The translations under genes and the position numbers were made by a program. A DNA stretch of 63,419 nucleotides, filler included, from Octopus bimaculoides (Eukaryota), in NCBI RefSeq assembly GCF_001194135.2. It is 7 parts of 6 records of this genome, joined end to end, with 100 filler letters (N's around TTAATTAATTAA, not from the genome) between each part and the next. Parts side by side here need not be neighbours in the genome. Positions count along the whole stretch, not along the records: positions 50,002 to 57,344 come from NC_068986.1; positions 57,445 to 60,457 come from NC_069005.1; positions 60,558 to 61,711 come from NW_026392407.1; positions 61,812 to 63,419 come from NC_068987.1; 3 more parts are not named here. One strand, given 5' to 3'. The notes below the pieces were generated by a model. That model had not been told where the DNA came from. It saw only the letters and a list, made by a program, of their open reading frames with translations, and searched no databases. This document shows positions 50,942 to 63,419 of this stretch, piece by piece (the first letter of the stretch is position 1; every line of letters begins with the position of its first letter).

Positions 50942-51655
50942 TATAATACTATTCCACATATAGAAAAACAGCCATACCAACAATTCAACATGCCTCCATC
51001 ATCAGCTGCCCCACGGATATCATTATGGTTTCGACACCTAGGCAGTACCATTCAATCCGGCGGTGTCAGCAGCATTAAAGTAAGTGTTGTTTGGGAACAA
51101 ATATACCAAGGAAACCATATCTTTCAAATACATTTACCCTATGTACAACAGTATCGATAAATAAATAAATCTATAACCAACTTATAAATACGTAACTGAA
51201 CAGCGACCAATCCTTTATGCCATATGTGTGTGTGTGTGTGTGTTTGTGTTGTCCCCACCACCGTTGTTCCCACCACCGTTGTCCCCACCACCGTTGTCCC
51301 CACCACCGTTGTCCCCACCACCGGTGTTGGTGTGTTCGCGTGTCCGTAACTTAGCAGTTCGACACAAGAGACCGACAGAATAAGTACCAAACTTTAAAAA
51401 TAAGTACTTGAGTCGATTCATTTGACTAAAAATTCAAGGCAGTGCCCCAGCGTAGCCCCAGTCTAATTACTGAAACAATTATTAAAGATAAAAACATTTA
51501 TACACGTTTGTATACAGGGATAGCTGATAAATGTGGCTGTGTGGTAAGAAATCTGTTTCTTAATCACATGGTTCCGGTTTGAGTCCCACTGCGTGGCAAA
51601 TGTTTCTACTGCATCACCGGCCCGACCAAACCCTTGTCAGTGGAATTTGTTGGCT
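50725..51655 (+). mobile_element. SINE-A fragments: 50725-50895 (5' half), 51235-51480 (3' half), 51533-51655 (head). Smaller fragments also at 33470-33576(-), 41670-41760(-), 45205-45345(-), 46866-46945(+), 52190-52260(-)
   Basis: Motif matches to 40146-40580. Confidence 0.7.
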
Positions 51656-51716
51656 CCAGAACTGAACAGATGTGTTTTCCTGAAGCTGCTTGCCATCAGC
51701 TTTACCACAAACTCAC

Positions 51717-51775
<59 letters not shown>

Positions 51776-51826
51776 TGTGTGTATGTGTGTGTGTGTGTGT
51801 GTGTGTTTCTTATCTTGAATCCTTAA

Positions 51827-52042
51827 CCATTTAGCATTCAAACCGGCTCCATCCGACAAAATTATTTAAGAGGTTACGTGTTGAAACTGGCCAGATCTGG
51901 CCTCTCACCTCAATTCTACGATGTCATTCTAAAAAACAACTAAACAATCACATCGCTAAAATTTCTAAACTACAAGATAATGGATGTTTAATTCAAAACA
52001 ACATAAATAAACAAACATTACATTTAACAGAATAATCTGAAT
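51827..52042. mobile_element. piggyBac-type MITE family 1, inverted copy with one end degraded
   Basis: TTAA then ccatttagcatt; internal sequence is the reverse complement of 55049-55250 (ggcctctcacc..gtcattctaaaa..acaatcacat). Confidence 0.6.
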
Positions 52043-52798
52043 ATTATCTCTTTAGCTTTAGGAAATCTTTAAATTTTGTACGGTAAGCACACTGTACTTT
52101 GTCGATAAATATTTATTAGTACACAATATTTCTAAGAGATACAAGCAAATCTACAAAATACTTCATTATTCTATTCTTTTACCCTTTTACTTGTTGCAGT
52201 CATGTGATTGCGACCATGGTGGAGCACCGCCCTAAAGGGTTTTAGTCCAAGAAATCCACCCTAGCTATCAACAAAATCTCCATAAAAACACACCCTACTG
52301 CAGCAGTACGAGTGTGTCCTTTTTCCAGCGACTCAGGTACCAAGAAAGCACCTAGCGTGAACAAAAACAAAAATAAAATGAGCAGCCCCAGAATAAATTT
52401 CTCCACCAACTTGGGAAACTGGAGGACATTCAGTAGGAACACTGAATCAAAAAATCGACAAACTGTCAGTGTAACCACAACTTCAGTCACCAATTTTTCC
52501 CTAACTTGGTATATTCTTCCTTTTCATCATACCAAGACACATGAGAGAAAACAACAACAAAAAAAGATCTCCTAACATTCAAACAGGCCCTGGAAGAATA
52601 TCTCCAACGAATTCCAGATAGACTCCTACCCCCGGTTATATCTCTGCAACCAATAACTCTCTACTCGAATGCGCTATAGTGGCCAAAGAATGATTCATAT
52701 GAAACAGTTTTAAATGTCTTTTTCAGGTGGTGCTATTAAGTTAAGCATGGCCTGAGTCAACGCTGGCTGAAACTTCTCTAAGTGTTTCTATGTGTATG

Positions 52799-52829
<31 letters not shown>

Positions 52830-52895
52830 TTATGTATGTATGCATGCATGTGTGTATATATTTTATTTTGTATGTATATATGCGTATACATTATG

Positions 52896-52940
<45 letters not shown>

Positions 52941-53644
52941 NNNNNNNNNNNNNNNNNNNNNNNNNNNNNNNNNNNNNNNNNNNNNNNNNNNNNNNNNNNN
53001 NNNNNNNNNNNNNNNNNNATGTTAGTATATATATATGTTAGTATATATATATATGTATATATGCATGCATGTGTATAAGTGTATGTATACGTGTATGTGT
53101 GTGTATTATTGTGGCTTAAGAGTGCTACCAATGGTTTCATGTGGAAAGAATTTCCTCAAGTCTTCAAGCGTACCGCTTTAAAATGTCAGTTGCCGCCTCT
53201 ATTTTTGATGAGACTACCAACGATTTTAAGTGGGTTTTTTTTCAAAACAAGAACTGTTTTATATTTGTTCGCATCTCTTTATGTACCCGTCACCCGTCGC
53301 ATCTGTAACATCGAGGTCTTTGATATTATATCACCACATACACGTTACACTGTTGGAAATGCAATAAAGAAGTCTTTAATATCATACGACTCACATACCA
53401 TTCAACTGAATGACCGTACAGCATAGAAAGATCTTGAACGTATCGATTTCAAGGCGTGTATATATTATGTCTAGTTGAAAACTATTAATAAGATATCGGT
53501 TGAGTACATAAGTAGAAAGTGATTGAATCAACGCCACCTACGTAGTACACAGTAAATCTATTTGTGTCTGTGATATGTGTGCATATATACGCGTATATGA
53601 ATATGTATTTGTGTTTATATATATGATACATCATATATGCTTGC

Positions 53645-53955
53645 ATAATTTGACACTCCGTCGGTTACAACGACGAACGTTCCAGTTGATCCCAGCAACG
53701 GGATAGCCTGCTCGTGAAATTAACGTGCAAGTGGCTGAGCACTCCTCAGACACGAGTACCCATCATGTAGTTTGCGTGTAGATTATTTAGCATGACACAG
53801 AATGTTATAAGGCTACTACTCAATTTTGCCAGAAGACTGGGCTAGAGCAACGTAACATAAAGTGTCTTGCTCAAGGACAACGCACCGCCAGGAATCGATC
53901 TCACGACGTTACAATTGTGAGGCGAATACTCTAACCACTAATCCACGCGCCTTCA
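53645..53955 (-). mobile_element. SINE-D, tRNA-derived (head fragment also at 37583-37640, plus)
   Basis: Minus strand: gaaggcgcgtggattagtggttagagt..gatcgattcctgg..tgtccttgagcaagacactt. Confidence 0.65.
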
Positions 53956-54502
53956 TTATACATGCAGACACACAGGTGTCAATCTCCTGTTCTTTCTCTC
54001 TCACTCACACTTTCCACACATGTAGGTTCTTCCCTGTTGCTGTTATATATTGTGAGATGTTAAAATTACGTCAAAATTTTCAAATTTAGAATATTGAAAT
54101 AATTTTCCACGTTAAATTCAATTTTGTTATTCATTTGTTTCAGAAATATTGCAGAAAAATGTTACTAAGGTTTAAAGTTTAATCAATATCACCTAATTCA
54201 AAAACAGGATTTGGAAGCTGGCATTTTCTGCATGATTGCTGTCTATCACAAAATGAAAGCAAAATCTTTAGGAGGAGGAATTTTTATTAGACAAACGAAA
54301 GCAAAGCATTACGACGACCAAAGTTGTAAGAACTTCTGAAGATTTAATAAGTTTTAACGAATAGTCACGTGAAATGGTCGAAGAGACATGTAAATAATCT
54401 TAAAAGGTAAAAAATATCAACGAAGTTTTTTGCGAAAAATTGCACAAATCTGTCTGACGTGGAATAAACAAAAATTGATATAAGACATTCTATTGTAAAA
54501 AT

Positions 54503-54533
54503 TGCCCGGCAACGACGGGTTATTCAGCCGGTA
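54503..54533 (+). mobile_element. Possible Helitron 3' end
   Basis: GC hairpin cccg-gcaacga-cggg followed 7 nt later by ccgg-t (degenerate CTRR-T). Confidence 0.35.
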
Positions 54534-54642
54534 CCCACACATACAAACACACATACAAACACACACACACACACATATATATATATGCATGTATGCATGT
54601 ATGTATGTATCTATATCTATGTGTGTGTTTGTGCGTGTGTGT

Positions 54643-54752
54643 AAACGTCAAAGACTTTCCGTATTCCCGAGCGTCATACTAATATATACTTTTGTTATTT
54701 ACACCACCTGTCCTCGTCTGTTGTTATTATTTGTATATTCTCCCATATATAC
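54643..54752 (+). mobile_element. Penelope-like pLTR fragment retaining only AAACGUCAAAG of the hammerhead
   Basis: Reverse-complement match to 12168-12250 (ggagaatatacaaa..aacagacgaggacaggtggtgtaaataacaaaagtatatattagtatgacgct). Confidence 0.45.
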
Positions 54753-55048
54753 ACATGTATACATACGTGTATGTCTGAGTCATTACGACAGATTTATGCG
54801 AAGACATGTCTAAATATAACTATTCTTGGAATAATTCTTATTCTAGACGATCTATTACGTGATATTTTCGTTGTATAATAAACTGGCATGTGTATATCAC
54901 TAACGATTTGTTACTCATATTGACTGTCATATAAACAAGAGCGACTAGGGCCTCATATGCAGAGGCGATTGCCGAATAGAAAACAATTAGTAAATAATTA
55001 GTAAAGCAGGTAGTGACATTATGTAGTAAGGAAACATTAATCAATTAG

Positions 55049-55250
55049 CCCTTTAGCATTTAGATTATTCTGCCAAAAATGTTGTTTTGAATTAATCATG
55101 CATTATCTCTTAGTTTCAATGTTTCGAATATGTGATTGTTTATTTTTAGAATGACTTTGTAGGGTAAGTATAAGAGGCCGGATTTAATCAGTTTGAATAT
55201 AAACAGGAAGAATATATTTGGTTAGAAATGGATGTTTAAATGCTTGAGGG
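55049..55250. mobile_element. piggyBac-type MITE family 1
   Basis: Termini CCCTTTAGCATT ... AATGCTTGAGGG, flanked by TTAG (left) and TTAA (right); homologous to 51827-52042 in opposite orientation. Confidence 0.7.
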
Positions 55251-55604
55251 TTAAACTAACAACAGTTATGTAGAAAAGCGTTCATTACCTTTACGGCGAG
55301 GAATGTTCATGATAGACAGGGGAGATAACCGTGAAATTTAAATTGATTAAACTTATTTAAAAATATTTTGCTTTGGAGATGTCTATTCTAAACAGTTTTA
55401 ATGACAAAGGTATTTGCTGATGGTGCTACAATGCTGAATTAACTTCGACTAATGCCAGTACCATTCATGTTCTCTAAAATTCCGTACTTAACTGGCATGT
55501 CTAGTGAAATCATATATACCAGCAAACATATATGTATACATGTTTCTATATATACGAACATATTATATAACATCTATGTCTGCATATATAGGTATATGTA
55601 TACA

Positions 55605-55645
<41 letters not shown>

Positions 55646-56428
55646 NNNNNNNNNNNNNNNNNNNNNNNNNNNNNNNNNNNNNNNNNNNNNNNNNNNNNNN
55701 NNNNNNNNNNNNNNNNNNNNNNNNNNNNNNNNNNNNNNNNNNNNNNNNNNNNNNNNNNNNNNNNNNNNNNNNNNNNNNNNNNNNNNNNNNNNNNNNNNNN
55801 NNNNNNNNNNNNNNNNNNNNNNNNNNNNNNNNNNNNNNNNNNNNNNNNNNNNNNNNNNNNNNNNNNNNNNNNNNNNNNNNNNNNNNNNNNNNNNNNNNNN
55901 NNNNNNNNNNNNNNNNNNNNNNNNNNNNNNNNNNNNNNNNNNNNNNNNNNNNNNNNNNNNNNNNNNNNNNNNNNNNNNNNNNNNNNNNNNNNNNNNNNNN
56001 NNNNNNNNNNNNNNNNNNNNNNNNNNNNNNNNNNNNNNNNNNNNNNNNNNNNNNNNNNNNNNNNNNNNNNNNNNNNNNNNNNNNNNNNNNNNNNNNNNNN
56101 NNNNNNNNNNNNNNNNNNNNNNNNNNNNNNNNNNNNNNNNNNGATCTATATACATATATATATATATATATATGCACGTGCACAAACGCACACATATGTC
56201 ACACCATATTCTTCATACGGGTTTATAAACATACCAGCACCTTTACGTATATTTATAAACACACACGCACACACACAGAATACATACACGCACACGCACG
56301 GACACACCTACATGCAGCCATTCAAAACACATGAAAGTATCTACACAAACACATATGCACATGCATATACATACATGTGCATATGCATACATAGGCATAT
56401 ATGTCTATATATATATATGCATACATAC

Positions 56429-56469
<41 letters not shown>

Positions 56470-56652
56470 TTATGTCTATATATGCATATATATATATATA
56501 TATATATGTGCGTCTATATATCTATCTATCTATGTGTGTGTGTGTGTGTGTGTATGTGTGTGTGTCTATATATATTTATATATATGTCTATATGTATACA
56601 TATATATAGATACAACTATATATCTTTATATATATACATAGATATATATGCC

Positions 56653-56686
<34 letters not shown>

Positions 56687-57188
56687 TACATATCTGTACA
56701 CACGCACACACACACAAACACACACACATATATATGTATGTATATGTATGTATCAACAGACTCAGAAATACAGAAACAAAAATACAAAAAAAAAAACAAG
56801 CATATATACATATACGAACATACACACACATACACAAAACATAGGAATTTGATCTACGCAATGTCACACCTACACATTAACTCCAATACCACGCTCTCGC
56901 ATAGACACGCATTCACATATATTTCACTCAGACAAACGGACATACGTACATAAGCATAAATAACGTGACGAAATAGGATGCCGCATCCGCGCAGTCGGCT
57001 GTTGACAGCGCGATTCTGTACATAGGCAATAATTCTTGTTTGGTTTGTGCATATGTCACCATGACAACCATGAATGGGCTCTGGATCTTGTAGGCGTGTA
57101 TATGTGTTTTGTTTGCGCCTGAGCATGTTTGTGTGTGTTAATATGTCTATATATTCTATATGTGTTTGTGTGCGTGCGTGTGAGTGTG

Positions 57189-57221
<33 letters not shown>

Positions 57222-57300
57222 TTAAATAGGTCTGTCTTATGTGGGTTTGTATACGTAGTAATTCTGTATTTTTATGTCTGTAATTGCATGATGCTTGGTG

Positions 57301-57344
<44 letters not shown>

Positions 57345-58207
57345 NNNNNNNNNNNNNNNNNNNNNNNNNNNNNNNNNNNNNNNNNNNNTTAATTAATTAA
57401 NNNNNNNNNNNNNNNNNNNNNNNNNNNNNNNNNNNNNNNNNNNNTTAGTCTTTGCTGTGATTCTTATAATTCTCTATTGATAGAGAAACATTGAATTTAT
57501 TACATACATATATCCAAAAGCATGGATAACTTTCAAATCATAGAAGGACGTTTGTGTTAATTTTTACATTCTTGCCTCAAAAATAAAAAACAAAAGAAAT
57601 TTTTAAAAAATAACTGGACATATTTATTTCTTTGAAACACTTTTTTTTTTTTTTTTGGAAAAATTAATCAAGAACTACAAAAGCAAACCAAAAAATTTCT
57701 TCAAATATAAATACCTATTTGGCAGATATATTCAACGCTGTTTGGTGAACCACAATGTAAAACCTCAAAAGCTAACAAACACTAATTGCTGCTCAAAACA
57801 TGCCATCACTGATTTCTTTGGATTTTTCCAGATCTTACCTCACACATACACACACACACACACATGTGCGTGCGTGCGTACATGTATATAATAAAAAGCA
57901 GGAGCTAAATGGACAATGGCAGTTCAATACATGCTACATAAGTTTCCATGGCATGGTACTTTATTCATAATTGAAGCGTTACATATATAATGGTGTCTTA
58001 AATGTCAAACGAGCCCCAAAATAATAAATAAATAAATGTCTTGCTCAAATGTGGTGTCTCCCTGACATCTCATAAGTTTACTGGTACAAATTTAGAATCA
58101 CTCTGTGTGTGTGTGTGTGTGTGTGTGCATGCATGTGCGCGCGTGTGTGTGTGTCTACTCCAGGTCAAATGTTGACCTGAAATAATTAATGTTGTTGACA
58201 AATAGCC

Positions 58208-58240
<33 letters not shown>

Positions 58241-59352
58241 NNNNNNNNNNNNNNNNNNNNNNNNNNNNNNNNNNNNNNNNNNNNNNNNNNNNNNNNNNNN
58301 NNNNNNNNNNNNNNNNNNNNNNNNNNNNNNNNNNNNNNNNNNNNNNNNNNNNNNNNNNNNNNNNNNNNNNNNNNNNNNNNNNNNNNNNNNNNNNNNNNNN
58401 NNNNNNNNNNNNNNNNNNNNNNNNNNNNNNNNNNNNNNNNNNNNNNNNNNNNNNNNNNNNNNNNNNNNNNNNNNNNNNNNNNNNNNNNNNNNNNNNNNNN
58501 NNNNNNNNNNNNNNNNNNNNNNNNNNNNNNNNNNNNNNNNNNNNNNNNNNNNNNNNNNNNNNNNNNNNNNNNNNNNNNNNNNNNNNNNNNNNNNNNNNNN
58601 NNNNNNNNNNNNNNNNNNNNNNNNNNNNNNNNNNNNNNNNNNNNNNATATATATATATATATATAAACAAAAATATTATTATCTACTGAATCTTATTTGA
58701 TGTTGCTATTAGCAACAATTTGATTTATTGGATGTTTGAGGAGGTGGGAGGAGAATCTAGCTATAAAATTACTGTTTCAAGAGGAGAGCAAGGGGAGAGA
58801 ACTGGAATCTCCTCAAGTAGAATGACCAAACAGTGTCAGCTTTGTTAAAACTTTTTATGTATCCATATTAAACATTCTATAAGAATTTCTACATTGCATT
58901 ATTTTGACTTTGCAAAATTTCGCCCACCACAAATGGCTGAGATTTGAAAGCTATTAAGCCTTTTGTTCAATAGTTCCTTGCCTTTTTCTCTGGCTTCAAA
59001 AGACCTCCATTTAACAACCAATAGAGTTGATTCTTGTGATGTTCCTTGTTAATTTAGGAACATTATTGGGGTTGGTCGTTCTTAAAATGTTGAAACGTAA
59101 GCAAGTTCTTACCAAATACATGTGACGATATTTACTTTGTCTTTCTCTCAGTCATTTAATCGCTCCCCACTTTCATTTTGATCTGCTGCTGTAATCAGAC
59201 GATACAACAGTGCTCCGGTGCCTGTCTTGCTTTTCAATGACTCTAATTTGTTGAGAAGATGCATCAAACCAATTGATTCCTCCCCGCCCAAGACATGATG
59301 TCGGCCTAACATACGATTTGCTTCTTGTAAGTTCTGAATTCACTTCAACAGG

Positions 59353-59447
59353 CTGTTAAAGAAAAAAAAAACACTCTTCAGTTATACAGTGCTTCAACTG
59401 ATTATAACAGCAGCAATAGGCTGTGGCTCCATATGTGACCCACTCAC
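59353..59447 (-). other. Candidate 95-nt spliceosomal intron of an unidentified transcript
   Basis: Donor CAG|GTGAGT (exon ends 59448), acceptor TTTTTTTTTTCTTTAACAG|C; downstream TTG|GTAAGA at 59113 delimits a 240-nt exon. Confidence 0.45.
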
Positions 59448-59562
59448 CTGTGGGCCAACTGAATCGTCAAGATACTAAATGTGTTTTTTCTAGGGATGCT
59501 GTATAGTCAGGTCAACAGGATACAAACTGTCAAAGCCTTTCGTTGATACATATATACCTTAA

Positions 59563-59756
59563 CCCTTTTGATGCCAACCCCACTGTGACCACCTCTGCGG
59601 TCTATGATACTAGCTTCCTGTTTTGAAGTGATCTAAATTAAAAGTTCATGTTAATTTAAAAACGACAAAATTATTTTATGAAATTCTCCACAATTTTCAA
59701 AATTAATTCAAACAAAAACAAACATATTTCAACAGAAATATGGGAACAAAAGGGTG
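59563..59756. mobile_element. piggyBac-type MITE family 2
   Basis: TTAA|CCCTTTTG ... CAAAAGGG(tg)|TTAA. Confidence 0.6.
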
Positions 59757-60557
59757 TTAAAAGTGGAATGTATTTTCTGTAAAAAAGAAAAAAATGGAAT
59801 ATTTTATTTTCACTGAGTGAGTAAAGATCCTTAGACTCAAATAAGAAGCCCGTTTTTAGGCATATCGGTAATTACAAAGTGATTTTAATTAATTTGATAA
59901 AATATTTGACGAAATTACATTGCTGAAACATTGCCTGACAAACAGAAAAAAAAAATTTTTTTTTTAAACATGCTGGAAATTTTGTTTGGTGATAAAAAGT
60001 TTGGTTGTTCCTTGAAAATTTGAAATGCGGCTTAGATTTGCTGAGAAAGACCAGATACCATGAGAAAGTGTTACAAATCTGCTCAGGACATATGTAAGAA
60101 ACTGCCAAGAAATCTGTGAATACATCAATATGACATTGGTTTGGTAACACAGTTTTTCAGGGGTTTTTTTTTTACTACAAAGAAAAGCTGTGAACTGTGT
60201 GTGTAGTTTTTTGTTTGATTTCTTTAAAGACATAAAAGGAGGAAAAAAAGGGCAAGGCAAGTCCTTCGGTCCTTTTTTTTTCTTTCTAGGGCCTCAAAGA
60301 CTGATCAAAGGAAGAAGTTATCCTCAGAACAGAGACCAGGCCCAGTCCCCTAATACTCGCAACAAAATGGGTCCTACAGAGATACCCAAAGTCCTAGAGC
60401 TATGAAACTTTATCTGATTATTGATGTCAGAAACAAATATGTACAACATAATTTAAANNNNNNNNNNNNNNNNNNNNNNNNNNNNNNNNNNNNNNNNNNN
60501 NTTAATTAATTAANNNNNNNNNNNNNNNNNNNNNNNNNNNNNNNNNNNNNNNNNNNN

Positions 60558-61032
60558 TGTATATATATATGAATATATATATATATGTATGTATATATAT
60601 ATGTATAAATATAAATATATGTATATATATATATGTATAAATATAAATATATATATGTATATATATATATGTATAAATATAAATATATATATGTATATAT
60701 ATATATGTATAAATATAAATATATATANNNNNNNNNNTATATATATGTATAAATATAAATATATATGTATATATATATATATATATATATAAATATATAT
60801 ATGTATATATATATATGTATAAATATAAATATATATATGTATATATATATGTATAAATATAAATATATATATATATATCGCTAGATAGATACCTACATAC
60901 ATAGATATACAAAAATATCGATAGATGAGGAAAATATATGAATATAAATATACGATTTTGCCCCCATAAATTTATGCGAAGATGCATTCATGCATTTCTA
61001 TAAGCATATATATATTTATATACAAGTATGTG

Positions 61033-61080
<48 letters not shown>

Positions 61081-61711
61081 CGCCCTCACAGAGAGAAAAA
61101 TGTATACATAGGTATATATGCAAATAAACATATATACATGTATATGTGTGTGTGTAAATATATATACATATTTTATATATATATATATATATTTATATAC
61201 ATATACAAATTTATATATGTAAGGGATATATATATATATATATACATATTTATATATGTAATGGATATATATATATATATATGTACATATATACATATAT
61301 ATATGTATATATGTATAAATATGTATATATATATATACATATATAAATATGTATATATATATGAATATATGTATATACATGTATATATGTATATATATGT
61401 ACATATATACATATATATATGTATATATGTATAAATATGTATATATATATATACATATATAAATGTAAACACATACAGGTACAAATTTTTATGTGTATTT
61501 GAATATATGTATATACAAACATATATAAGCATATATCTATATATGTACATATATGTATGTTTATATATACATACATATATATTTTATCAATAGACATATA
61601 CACGCGCGCACACACACACACACACCCATATATGTATATATTCATATATATATATATATATATATAGACATACATAAAAATATGTATGTATATATATATA
61701 TATATATATAT
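60558..61711. repeat. Long (TA)-based compound satellite, partly with a tatatatatgtataaatataaa higher-order unit
   Basis: Direct reading. Confidence 0.9.
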
Positions 61712-61898
61712 NNNNNNNNNNNNNNNNNNNNNNNNNNNNNNNNNNNNNNNNNNNNTTAATTAATTAANNNNNNNNNNNNNNNNNNNNNNNNNNNNNNNNN
61801 NNNNNNNNNNNTAGGGGATTGGTGTGGGGGAGGAGAGTGGTGCGGTCGATTCGACGAGCGCGGGCGAGGGCGGATTGGACATATATATATATATATAT

Positions 61899-62655
61899 AT
61901 ATACTGTAAGTCTTTGGATGTGAGACTGCTCTTGGCTTAAGATCCACTTGAAAAATACCAGACTTATTGGCACATCAATCATTCTTGAATCCAGCAATGC
62001 TTTAGCTAAGAATTTTCCAAAGAATTTAAATTTGGCTTTGATTTTGTTGACAACAGCAGCTTTGGTGTTACGAGCAAGAAGAGAAGGAAACAAACCGCAA
62101 GGGGATGTAACATACTCAACATCACTTCCTGAACCAAAAAAATCTGTTTCACAATGTCGTCTCGCCACATGTCAAGATCTACTCTTTGTATTTCTTTGGA
62201 AATTAATGCATAGAATTCTAATGTGGGTCCCAATCCTGTACCAACTTCATTCTCATACTGTATTTCCAGTAATCCTTTTGCGGAAACCAGTTCATCCATG
62301 AGTTTCTCTGCTTGTTTTAAGATATCCATTCGACTGACTGTACTCCTTTTTCCGTTCCAGTCGAGGAGCAACTCGGTCAGTTGTGTCTGTTGTTGTAAAA
62401 TCAGTATTGTTATCTTGTAACCTCATCATTGCTCGGTCACAGTCAAATTATGTGGCATAGAAAAGCATTTGGCGAGTGTCAAAGGGAAAAAGGAATGGTG
62501 CTGCTGCAGCTATTTCAGCCAACCAAACAGGAAGATTACCAGTTATTATGATTAATGGATCCTGTAACTGTCTGTTAGCTTTGGCAGTGAGTTTTGAACT
62601 AATGAATTCATTTGGAGAAAGGATTGGAGATAGTTGGGAAGACTCTTCGTACATG
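61899..62655 (-). pseudogene. TRIP12: Disabled fragment of a TRIP12/Ufd4/ctrip-type HECT E3 ubiquitin ligase, likely a processed retrocopy
   Basis: Minus-strand frames join into [65 protein letters not shown] / TVSRMDILKQAE..LLEIQYENEVGTGLGPTLEFYALISKEIQRVDLDMWR / GLFP..KFKFFGKFLAKALLDSRMIDVP..FFKWILSQEQS, which I recognise as the TRIP12 pre-HECT and HECT N-lobe. One TAA at 62448-62450, frameshifts near 62347, 62160 and 61923, and no intron over about 750 bp. Confidence 0.85.
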
Positions 62656-63419
62656 TGTAGTGGGAAAGGTGTGGCAAAAGACGTTGAGGTAGCAGATGAA
62701 ATAGGCATGTGAACGACATCAAAGTAAAACAATGGGAAAAGCATCGAATTGTGGTTTAAATAATTTATTTAAACGACACTTGCTGTATGCACCAAAAAAT
62801 TCACTACATGACATTACCAACTTCGAGCTGGCGAAGAAGAAATTAATAGAGTAAATACTGTGTCGATATGATGAGGTAGAACCGGACATGTTTTGTGTCT
62901 GTATGTGCGTTGGTCATTTAGTGGTGTCTGTTTGTGTTCTGCGATTGCTACTGTGTTGGGTCGTTCATGTTGAATATGTGGTTCTCTGTTGGCTGCTGGC
63001 GCAAGGCTGTCCCTGGACAGTTCGCTTGGTGATGACTCTCTCGCCTGTGGCTATATCTCTCCCTCTTTGTCTCTCTCTCTCTGCCGTCCCTTGACGGATT
63101 GCTGTATTTATTATGGTCGTGACAGCTAGAAGGACAGACATACCACAGGAGAAATTCCTACCTATTTAAGTCGCCTCCTGTCCACTTGAACCTTAAATGA
63201 CACGGCTGAGGTCGTAGGTCGAAGGGAAAAAACCATCCATCAATTTTTGACAGGACAAAGAAATATTTTTCGCGCCTGTTTGGCCAGTGGTGGATCAGGC
63301 GAGCGAGAATCCTTAGATTCGGTTTCGAATCCCAGCTCGGAAAAAAGAAAGCGTTAGTTTTTACACATGGTCGACCAGTATCTATTGAAGGCATGGAGCA
63401 CTCTCAGCAGTGTAATTAC

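Noticed and set aside
59490-59545. Continuation of TRIP12 (KGFDSLYPV resembling DGFESVFPL)
   Set aside because: Only 9 residues, followed by stops, and neighbouring sequence does not match the HECT C-lobe.
61948-62712. Plus-strand ORFs 61948-62301, 62223-62420, 62476-62712
   Set aside because: Antisense to the TRIP12 pseudogene.

Overview
AT-rich, gap-riddled eukaryotic DNA, probably from a draft Octopus (cephalopod) assembly. That attribution is an inference from my recollection of these SINE/MITE families and the N44-TTAATTAATTAA-N44 gap pads; it was not database-checked. I find no intact protein-coding gene, and nearly all ORF-track entries are microsatellite or N-run artefacts. Recognisable coding remnants are an intronless, disabled TRIP12/Ufd4-type HECT ligase fragment (61.9-62.65 kb, minus), a hAT transposase C-terminus (30 kb, minus), two tandem R4/Dong-type LINE 3' ends and an L1/Tx1-type LINE 3' end stacked in (AAT)n tracts (41.8-43.5 kb). 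The rest is tRNA-derived SINEs (at least 4-5 families), MITEs with readable TIRs/TSDs (Tc1/mariner-pogo, hAT, piggyBac) and simple repeats. The most notable items are several minimal hammerhead-ribozyme motifs of Penelope-like type, a SINE tail shared with the Tx1 LINE, two near-perfect hairpins (134 bp and 58 bp), and an unassigned canonical 95-nt intron at 59.4 kb. Family names come from recalled motifs and need RepeatMasker/Dfam/HMM confirmation. Coordinates of degenerate ends are approximate.
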